Of a stretch of 64,000 bases of DNA, positions 56,941-64,000 are shown in pieces. The DNA is from Candidatus Latescibacterota bacterium (GTDB lineage: Bacteria > Latescibacterota > UBA2968 > GCA-2709665). Both the position numbers and the translations under genes were made by a program. The stretch covers positions 3,168,001-3,232,000 of the forward strand of contig OZ220733.1 of NCBI GenBank assembly GCA_965116875.1, read 5' to 3'. The notes beneath the pieces are model-generated. The model was given only the letters and a program-made list of their open reading frames with translations, was not told the origin of the DNA and searched no databases. Position 1 is the stretch's first letter; every line of letters begins with the position of its first letter.

Positions 56941-57678
56941 TCAGTACGTGGCGCGTCCGCCGCTGACGTCGTAACACTGCCCCGTTGTAAAGGTGGCCTC
57001 GTCGGAGGCCAGAAAGTGTACCAATGCGGCAACCTCACCGGGTTTGCCCAGGCGCCCCATCGGTATCTTGGAAGTGAGAATGGCGGCTCGTTCCGGATCC
57101 AGGCTCAGGGTCATCCCGGTTTCGATGAGAGCCGGCGCGACGCAGTTGACCCGGATGTTGTCGTCCAGAACCTCCTTCGCCAGTGCCTTCGTAAAACAGA
57201 TGACACCGGCTTTGGATACCGAGTAGGCCGCCATGTTGGCGTTTCCCTCTTTGCCGGAAATCGAGGCGATGGATACGATTGCGCCCCGCCTGCGTTCCGC
57301 CATGTGTCCGATGACCGCGCGCGAGCAGAGGAAGACGCCCTTGACGTTGGTGTTCATCACGCGGTCCCAGTCCGCTTCGCTCAGATCACGAACCGGCGCC
57401 TCCGGGCCCACAACACCGGCGTTATTGACCAGGATATCGATCCGGCCCAGTTGGTCAAGCACGTCGTTCACCATCCGGGATACATCCTCGCTGATGGAGA
57501 CATCCGCCCTCACGGCCATGCGAATGGTGGTAGAGGGGGCGGTCGGCGGGTCGAGATCCGCAATGGCGACGGTCGCGCCCGCACTCGACAGGCGTTCGGC
57601 GATCGCGGATCCGATGCCCCTGGCGGCGCCTGTGACGAGGGCAATACGGCCGGTAAGGTCCATGAACGTTTTCGGCAT
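56941..57678 (-). CDS. SDR family oxidoreductase
   Basis: TGAARGIG, NNAG, YSVSK, VNCVAPA. Confidence 0.92.
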   Translation of the reverse strand: MPKTFMDLTGRIALVTGAARGIGSAIAERLSSAGATVAIADLDPPTAPSTTIRMAVRADVSISEDVSRMVNDVLDQLGRIDILVNNAGVVGPEAPVRDLSEADWDRVMNTNVKGVFLCSRAVIGHMAERRRGAIVSIASISGKEGNANMAAYSVSKAGVICFTKALAKEVLDDNIRVNCVAPALIETGMTLSLDPERAAILTSKIPMGRLGKPGEVAALVHFLASDEATFTTGQCYDVSGGRATY

Positions 57679-57689
57679 TGTCGATTCTC

Positions 57690-58778
57690 TCAAAAGATCT
57701 CCGTCTGCTCCATGTATTCGATGAACTTCCGGTTTGCCCTGGAAAAAGCGTAATCTCCGAGATTGCCGGGGGCGGCCCATCTCACGTCAGAACATCCGCG
57801 CGCGTGCGCCTCGCCGCCAATGTAATCGCACTGAAACGCATGCATGGTCACGCTGAAGTGGGTAAACGCGTGCCTGACGGTCCTGAACCGGTCCCGGACG
57901 GCCGCATCCACGCCGGTTGACTCACGTACGGCGCGAATACAGGTATCGCCCAGGGGCTCTTCGTCCAATTGACGTGCTGAGGGAAATTCCCAGAGCCCGC
58001 CAAGAAGTCCGTTTTCCGGCCGCCGGGCAATCAGGACGCTGTCATTCCAGGATACGATTCCAACGCCCAGAGTGTAATGCGGACGGGGCTTCCTCGGCGC
58101 CCTGACCGGGAGCGAATCCGCATTGCCGGCGCGAAACGCCGCACAATGTTCGTTTACGGGGCAGGAACCGCAACGGGGCGCGCGGGGACGACAGACGGTT
58201 GCGCCAAGTTCCATAATCGCCTGGTTGTACTCGCCGGCGTCGCCCCGGTGGAGCAGGTTGTCCGCCAGTTTCTGGAGACTCGCTCTGGTTCGGGTCTGCC
58301 CGGTGTCGTCCTGAATCCCAAAAAGGCGACACAGCACGCGGATGACGTTTCCGTCGAGTACGGCATAGTCGCGGTCATAAGCGATGCTCAGGACTGCGGC
58401 CGTGGTATAAGGTCCGAAACCGGGCAGGGAGGCGAGTTCATCGTAGACGTCGGGCACGGCGCCGTCGAATCTGTCCACGATGTACCTGGCCGTCCTGTGC
58501 AGATTCCGGGCGCGGGTGTAGTATCCGAGGCCCTCCCAGGCCTTGAGAACACGGTCCCGAGGCGTATTCGCGAGAGCCTGTACGGTTGGAAAATCTCGAA
58601 GGAAGCGCCTGTAGTAAGGAATAACGGTCTCGACCCGTGTCTGCTGAAGCATGAACTCGGAGAGCAGGACGTGGTATGGATCTGTCGTACCGCGCCACGG
58701 AAGGTCCCGTTTCTCCTGTCGATACCAGGCGAGCAGGCGCCGTTTTATCGCTGCGCGTTTGGACGGATTGACATCCAT
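57690..58778 (-). CDS. mutY: A/G-specific adenine glycosylase
   Basis: RDLPWR, SEFMLQQT, WEGLGYY, LPGFGPYT, DGNV, CxxxxxxCxxCxxxxxC cluster, NUDIX-like C-terminus. Confidence 0.96.
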   Translation of the reverse strand: MDVNPSKRAAIKRRLLAWYRQEKRDLPWRGTTDPYHVLLSEFMLQQTRVETVIPYYRRFLRDFPTVQALANTPRDRVLKAWEGLGYYTRARNLHRTARYIVDRFDGAVPDVYDELASLPGFGPYTTAAVLSIAYDRDYAVLDGNVIRVLCRLFGIQDDTGQTRTRASLQKLADNLLHRGDAGEYNQAIMELGATVCRPRAPRCGSCPVNEHCAAFRAGNADSLPVRAPRKPRPHYTLGVGIVSWNDSVLIARRPENGLLGGLWEFPSARQLDEEPLGDTCIRAVRESTGVDAAVRDRFRTVRHAFTHFSVTMHAFQCDYIGGEAHARGCSDVRWAAPGNLGDYAFSRANRKFIEYMEQTEIF

Positions 58779-58796
58779 ATCTACAAGTGATGAGCG

Positions 58797-59114
58797 TCAG
58801 GTGGCCGCGCCCGGGCGGTCTTCATTGCGGCGACGTTTCTCTTCGGCAATATCACTGGCGTGCCCTTTGACGATATCCGGCGGGCTGCTTCTGATCAATT
58901 GCTGCAACGCCAGCAGGAACAACAGGATATCTTCACCATAACCCAGATGAGGAAACAACGCTTCCGGCAACAGGTCCACCGGAGATATCCCGTAGAGTAT
59001 GATGAGGTAGACCAGCAGTTTGCTGTACCATGGCACGCGCGGATCTTTCATCAGGCGCCATGAGAGCCTGATATATTGGGGCAGGCGAAAGAGAATGGAG
59101 AAGATGCCGCGCAT
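58797..59114 (-). CDS. DUF1232 (YkvA) family membrane protein
   Basis: DPRVPWYSK..YGISPVDLLPE..GYGED. Confidence 0.8.
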   Translation of the reverse strand: MRGIFSILFRLPQYIRLSWRLMKDPRVPWYSKLLVYLIILYGISPVDLLPEALFPHLGYGEDILLFLLALQQLIRSSPPDIVKGHASDIAEEKRRRNEDRPGAAT

Positions 59115-59224
59115 GGCGGTAGCGATCGGGGTGATGCGGAATACGACCCGTCTGACGTTCGGGCTGCTAGACAGTCCGTTGAGAAAGTCGCTCTGCAGCC
59201 CGGATGGAATTTTCCAACGGACTG

Positions 59225-60217
59225 CTAACCCCTGCCAAGGAAAGACCTGACCCTGGGGTGGTCCAACACGTCCGGATTGATGATGTGCGCGGGTTCGCGG
59301 CCCTCCAGAGCATCGGTGATCTGCCCGAAGGTCCGGTGGTCCAGGCGTACCGCGGAAGCGTCGGTCATTCCGGCGTTGTGGTTGGTACAGATGATACGCG
59401 GATGCCCCTTGTGGATGGCTCGGGGACCGTCTACCGGGTCGTCTACCACGTAGTACCAGAGTCGTTCTTCGACAATGGCGCGGTTGACGGCAACGTCGTC
59501 CACCAGAGTGCCCCTCGAGGGGTTGATCAGGGAAGCGTGGGGCTGCATCGCGTTCAGGAGATCGCGCGTAACAATGGTATCCGCGCCGGACACGTGAAGG
59601 GAGACGGTGTCGCACTCCCTGAACAGGTCGATCGGATCGCCGACAGGCTCCGCCCCGAATCGTGACGCGAGTTCGGCCACGTCCGGGCGGACGTCGTAGA
59701 CGAGCAGGCGCCCGCGGTCACCGAGGAGAGGCTTCGCGCGTTCGGCGACGGCCTGACCGATGCGTCCGAACCCGTAAAGGCCGAGCGTGGTTTCCGCGGC
59801 TTCGTAGGTCCGGATGAGTGAGAAGTCGCCGCTGTGGGAGAGACGGTTCAGCGTGTAGACCCTTTTCAGTGTCGCCATCCACTGGGCTATGGTGTATTCG
59901 GCCACCGTGACCAAATGTTCGGGAGCGATGGTGACGATCACGCCGTGCCGCGCGGCCGCCTCCAGGTTGACCTTCTCGTAGCCGACGCCCCACCTGGAGA
60001 TGATCCGCAAGTCCGTCGCCGCTTCATAGAAGCTGTCGTGAATCAGCGAGGAACTCGCGATAACGCCAACCACTCCGGTTCCTTCGTCTTCCGTCAGTTC
60101 GCCTGTATAGTAGTCCACACCGGCAAACTCACGCAGATTCTCCACTCCCTCACGGCGGCTTTCCGAGTCGAACTCGGGGTTCCTCATATTGGCGGACAAC
60201 AGGATTCTTCGTGACAT
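59225..60217 (-). CDS. D-isomer-specific 2-hydroxyacid dehydrogenase family
   Basis: RWGVGYEKV, VAEY, GLYGFGRIG, VSLH, INPSRG, TNHNAG. Confidence 0.85.
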   Translation of the reverse strand: MSRRILLSANMRNPEFDSESRREGVENLREFAGVDYYTGELTEDEGTGVVGVIASSSLIHDSFYEAATDLRIISRWGVGYEKVNLEAAARHGVIVTIAPEHLVTVAEYTIAQWMATLKRVYTLNRLSHSGDFSLIRTYEAAETTLGLYGFGRIGQAVAERAKPLLGDRGRLLVYDVRPDVAELASRFGAEPVGDPIDLFRECDTVSLHVSGADTIVTRDLLNAMQPHASLINPSRGTLVDDVAVNRAIVEERLWYYVVDDPVDGPRAIHKGHPRIICTNHNAGMTDASAVRLDHRTFGQITDALEGREPAHIINPDVLDHPRVRSFLGRG

Positions 60218-60335
60218 GCAATCCCTCTGTTGAATGAGTTACGCGGCGGCGGGTCTCTCGAAGCCTGCCGGGATTCGGACTGAGAGCCGGCATCCGGCTG
60301 AAAAACGCCTGCCGTGAACTACGGAACCCGCCCGA

Positions 60336-62015
60336 TTATGCTTCGTCCCTGTCCACCATTTCCTGTACGATTTCACGCAGGACGCTGCGCTGAACTTTTC
60401 CCGTGGACGTCACCGGCAGGCGGTCCGGATCGAACGGTATGGTCTTGCAGGGTGCTTCGAAGGGACTGAGGTTCGCAACGGTCCCTGCCTGCCCCGAGTT
60501 GAGAATGCGCCCGGCCGCGTCCTTCTGCATTGCGGGCGCCATTCCGTTGCGAAACACGAGCGCGGCGCACACCTCCTGTCCCCAGCGTTCGTCCTCGAGG
60601 CCGGTAACGTAGGCCGCGGTGAGTTCGGGAAAGGCTTCCACAAGGGCGTTTTCAACGGCGATCGGCGAGATGTTAACGCCTCCCTTGATCACAATCTCCT
60701 TTTTACGGCTGTGTACGACGTAGTAGTCCCGCCCGCCGATGGTGCGGCGGTAGCCGATATCGCCCGTGTGAAACCAGCCGTCCAGAAAGACCTCCTCCGT
60801 GGCCGCGGGCTGGTTGAGATAGCCGCCGGAAACAACGGGCCCGCGAACCAGAATCTCACCCGGTTCGCCAGGCGGTGGATCACCCTCCAGGCGGATATTG
60901 TTGTTGTCCAGCTCTACTCCGGCGGCGTTGTGCTTCAGTGCTTCCCTGTACTCGTCATCGGGCAGGTCGGGCGGAACGCCGGTCACCCGCAGGCTGACTT
61001 CGGTGGTGCCGTAGCCCTGGATCAGGCGCACCCCGAAACGATCGTGAAACCGCACGGCGTGGCCGGCGGGCACGGGCGCGCTGCCGATCATTATCTTTTC
61101 GAGCGCGGAGACGTCGTGTCCGGCCGGGTCGAACGTGTCGGCCTCTGAAAGAAGGTCTCGCATGATCGTTGGAACAATGCTGCTGGAAGTGGCTCTCTCT
61201 TCTGCGATGACCGGCCAGAAACCGGAGGCGCTGTAGCGGGAGTTGAGAATGAGCGTTCCACCGGCCATGAACAATGCAATCGAGAACACCGTTGAATTTA
61301 CGTGATGCAGCGGCAGAACCAGGCTCAGGCGTTCGTTTTTATCGAAGTGCAGCCAGCGGCCGATGCCGTCCGCATTGCTGACGATGCTCTGCCGTGTGAG
61401 CAGGACACCCTTGGGATTGCCGGTTGTTCCGGACGTATAGAGGATGATCCCCGTGGCCTGTTCCTCGATGAGGTCGCCGCTCCACTCGGGTTCGAGGTCG
61501 GTGGACCGGACAGCGTCGTCCGAAAGAAGGCTGTCCGTGGCCGCGATCGGGACTTCAGGTGCAACCTTCCGTTCGGATTCCAGATGCTCCGGGAGCACAC
61601 ACAGCAATCTGACGCTGGAGTCTTCGAGTTTGTATCGTTTCCGTTCCGGCGCGTCGCGCCTGAGATCCAGGGGGACCGCGGCGGCGCCAAGACGGAAGAG
61701 GGCCTGGGTGAACAGCAGGATTTCGGGACAGTTGGGCATGGCCAGAGATACACGGTCTCCCGGGCCGATGCCGTAGTCATCGTGGAGCCGGCACGCCAGC
61801 GCGGCCGTCCTCCGGTTCAGGTCTCCATATGTGACAACCGACCGCTCGTCCAGGTCCAGGTCGCGAAAGATGATGGCCGCCTGATCCTTGCCGTGCGATG
61901 CCCGATGCCGAAGAAGGTGCGTGAAGTTCTTCCAGGGAAAGCGATAGACGTGAGGGCGGCCGTTCTTGATACATGTGAAGATCCGTGGATCCATAGTGAC
62001 TGAACTGTCCGCCAT
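60336..62015 (-). CDS. AMP-dependent acyl-CoA synthetase
   Basis: YTSGTTGNPKG, LPLHH, QGYGTTE, WFHTGD, TSTGKVQR. Confidence 0.9.
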   Translation of the reverse strand: MADSSVTMDPRIFTCIKNGRPHVYRFPWKNFTHLLRHRASHGKDQAAIIFRDLDLDERSVVTYGDLNRRTAALACRLHDDYGIGPGDRVSLAMPNCPEILLFTQALFRLGAAAVPLDLRRDAPERKRYKLEDSSVRLLCVLPEHLESERKVAPEVPIAATDSLLSDDAVRSTDLEPEWSGDLIEEQATGIILYTSGTTGNPKGVLLTRQSIVSNADGIGRWLHFDKNERLSLVLPLHHVNSTVFSIALFMAGGTLILNSRYSASGFWPVIAEERATSSSIVPTIMRDLLSEADTFDPAGHDVSALEKIMIGSAPVPAGHAVRFHDRFGVRLIQGYGTTEVSLRVTGVPPDLPDDEYREALKHNAAGVELDNNNIRLEGDPPPGEPGEILVRGPVVSGGYLNQPAATEEVFLDGWFHTGDIGYRRTIGGRDYYVVHSRKKEIVIKGGVNISPIAVENALVEAFPELTAAYVTGLEDERWGQEVCAALVFRNGMAPAMQKDAAGRILNSGQAGTVANLSPFEAPCKTIPFDPDRLPVTSTGKVQRSVLREIVQEMVDRDEA

Positions 62016-62045
62016 CGGAACCGGATGAATCGCCGGGGAGCCTGT

Positions 62046-63137
62046 TCAGTTCTCTCCGGTTCCGCATCGGGCCCTGTGAAGAAGATAGTGGTCTGTCAGG
62101 ACGAGCGCGATCATGGATTCGACCATCGGCACAGCGCGGGGCAGGACGCAGGGATCGTGGCGGCCTCGGCCCGATAGCGTGGCGGGGTTGCCGTGAATAT
62201 CAACGGTTTCCTGGGTCCTGAGGATGGTTGCCGTCGGCTTGAAGGCGGCGCGGACCACAATGTTCTCTCCGTTGGAGATGCCGCCCTGGATACCGCCGGA
62301 ACGGTTGGTCCGCGTCCGTATCCTTTCGCCGTCGTTGTAGAACGGATCGTTGTGGCCGGAACCGGTGAGTTTCGTGCCGGCGAAACCGGATCCGATTTCG
62401 AAACCCTTGCAGGCCGGCAGAGAAAGGACGGCTTTGCCCAGGTCGGCTTCCAGTTTGTCGAACACGGGCTCCCCCAGACCGGCCGGCACGTTGCGGGCGA
62501 CGGCCTCCACGACGCCGCCGAGAGAGTCGCCGTCTTTGCGCGCCCGTTCGATCTGTTCGATCATCTGATCGGCGATTTCGGAATCGGGGCAGCGGACGAT
62601 GTTGGATTCAATCTGTTCCCGCGTGACGAGGTCGGGGTCGATGTCTGCCGCCAGGTCGCGTACGCGTTTGACAAAGGCCAGGATCTCGACCCCCATCGCC
62701 TGATGCAGGATCTTACGCCCGATCGCGCCGGCGGCCACGCGCCCGATGGTCTCTCTCGCGCTGGCCCGCCCGCCTCCCTGCCAGTCTCGAATCCCGAACT
62801 TTGCCTGGTAGGTGTAGTCGGCGTGAGAAGGCCGGTACTTTACCCGCATTTCCTCGTAGTCTCTGGATCGGGCGTCTCTGTTCCGGACAATCAGGGAGAC
62901 TGGCGTGCCCAGCGTCCTGCCTTCGAAGACGCCGGACAGGATTTCGACGCGGTCTTCTTCCTTTCGCTGGGTGGTTATCCTGCTCTGGCCGGGTCTGCGC
63001 CGGTCCAGTTCGGCCTGGATTTCCCCCGACGTGATTTCGAGATCGGGCGGGCAGCCGTCAACAACAACGCCCACTCCTGCGCCGTGGGACTCGCCCCACG
63101 TGGTGATGCGGAAGAGGCGGCCGAATGTGTTGCCCAT
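62046..63137 (-). CDS. aroC: Chorismate synthase
   Basis: [45 protein letters not shown]. Confidence 0.97.
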   Translation of the reverse strand: MGNTFGRLFRITTWGESHGAGVGVVVDGCPPDLEITSGEIQAELDRRRPGQSRITTQRKEEDRVEILSGVFEGRTLGTPVSLIVRNRDARSRDYEEMRVKYRPSHADYTYQAKFGIRDWQGGGRASARETIGRVAAGAIGRKILHQAMGVEILAFVKRVRDLAADIDPDLVTREQIESNIVRCPDSEIADQMIEQIERARKDGDSLGGVVEAVARNVPAGLGEPVFDKLEADLGKAVLSLPACKGFEIGSGFAGTKLTGSGHNDPFYNDGERIRTRTNRSGGIQGGISNGENIVVRAAFKPTATILRTQETVDIHGNPATLSGRGRHDPCVLPRAVPMVESMIALVLTDHYLLHRARCGTGEN

Positions 63138-63215
63138 GCGACGTTCGCTCCTGGCTGGTTTCCTCTGGTTTTCCGACCTGCGAAGCCGTTGCCCCGACCC
63201 GCCGGAAACGGCCTC

Positions 63216-63244
63216 AATGTACCGAATCCGCAAATCAGGGTCAA
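63216..63244 (-). promoter_or_regulatory. sigma70-type promoter of aroC
   Basis: Minus strand TTGACC-N17-TACATT. Confidence 0.55.
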
Positions 63245-63315
63245 GCAAAAGTCTGTGTGTGAGAGCGCTTCCGGCGCAAGGACGGACGCGTCGCAAGCCC
63301 CCGATCCGCGACGTC

Positions 63316-63344
63316 TTGACAGGGTGGGGGCGCGGGCCTATCTT
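63316..63344 (+). promoter_or_regulatory. sigma70-type promoter of the creatininase-family gene
   Basis: TTGACA-N17-TATCTT. Confidence 0.55.
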
Positions 63345-63374
63345 GTGCTCGCCAATTCCAGTCAGGGGGATGAT

Positions 63375-64000
63375 ATGACGGAGCTTATTTCCGGAATTCT
63401 GGAAGAAATGACGATCGACCAGGTCAGGAGGCTGAAGCCGGACGTTGCCGTCATTCCGATCGGGTCAACGGAACCGCACGGGCCCGCACTGCCCTATGGT
63501 ACGGACAGTTATCGCGCCGAGGCAATCGCCCGCGGCGCCACCCGGGCGGCGAACGGACAGGGCGGCAGCGTGGTTTGCCTGCCCACCGTCCGCGTCAGCC
63601 TGAACAACAACTTTCGCGCCTTTCCGTTCGCCTGTCGCATGCGGGTGTCCACGTTCATGGCCCTGCTGAAGGACCTCGTAAACATGTGTGAGGCGGAGGG
63701 TATTGAAAAGGTGGTATTCATCAATGCCCACGGAGGCAATCCGGACGTGATCCGGGCGGCAATGCGCGATCTGGCCGCGGAAGACGGCGCTTTCGTCTGC
63801 ATGATACAGGCGTCATCCTGCGCGTCGCGGGAAGCGCGGCAGGTCTGCGAGAAACCCAGCGATCACGCCGGCGAGGAGGAGACGTCTCAAATGCTCTATC
63901 TTCGGCCCGACCTCGTCCATGAGGCGAAGATCGGCGACAATCCGCGGATGCAGCCGGCGCTGGAGGTCCTGACGGAGTTTCAGGTGGATTTCGTCAGGCC
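63375..64000 (+). CDS. Creatininase family protein, truncated by the window end
   Basis: [47 protein letters not shown]; open to the end of the window. Confidence 0.85.
   Translation, partial: MTELISGILEEMTIDQVRRLKPDVAVIPIGSTEPHGPALPYGTDSYRAEAIARGATRAANGQGGSVVCLPTVRVSLNNNFRAFPFACRMRVSTFMALLKDLVNMCEAEGIEKVVFINAHGGNPDVIRAAMRDLAAEDGAFVCMIQASSCASREARQVCEKPSDHAGEEETSQMLYLRPDLVHEAKIGDNPRMQPALEVLTEFQVDFVR

Noticed and set aside
60336-63137. aroC plus acyl-CoA ligase as a menaquinone (menE) operon
   Set aside because: No menF, menD, menH or menB nearby, and ligase specificity cannot be read from the motifs

Overview
GC-rich bacterial chromosomal window with about 45 genes, no rRNA, tRNA or CRISPR array, and no intact transposase. 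Housekeeping genes include nagA, recD2, tsaC, thrB, hemW, lepB, lepA, lon, rsgA, a lolC/E pair, mutY and aroC. There is also a wza/wzz-like polysaccharide export pair and several catabolic enzymes. Three very large, apparently secreted multidomain proteins share a dockerin-like EF-hand module. Their LRR, NHL, cadherin, FN3 and leishmanolysin-like content resembles that of marine host-associated bacteria such as sponge symbionts; this is inference only. Highlights: (1) a signal-peptide-bearing dikinase with plant glucan-water-dikinase-like order (His domain before nucleotide-binding domain), mounted on a 32-proline rod and a cohesin/dockerin/cadherin cassette that recurs in the neighbouring giant gene; (2) an Rdx (SelW/SelT/SelH) selenoprotein, CxxU, missed by the ORF track, with SECIS and terminator, whose predicted transcript starts with a 7 x 45-nt purine repeat array followed by a complementary pyrimidine arm beside the RBS; (3) tandem MNT-HEPN fusion genes with a near-identical central tract; (4) a frameshifted PIN toxin; (5) a dispersed ~135-bp heptamer-armed structured element, and REP doublets in front of the giant genes; (6) an unannotated 54-aa membrane sORF after lolC/E. 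All family calls come from reading motifs by eye, not from database searches.
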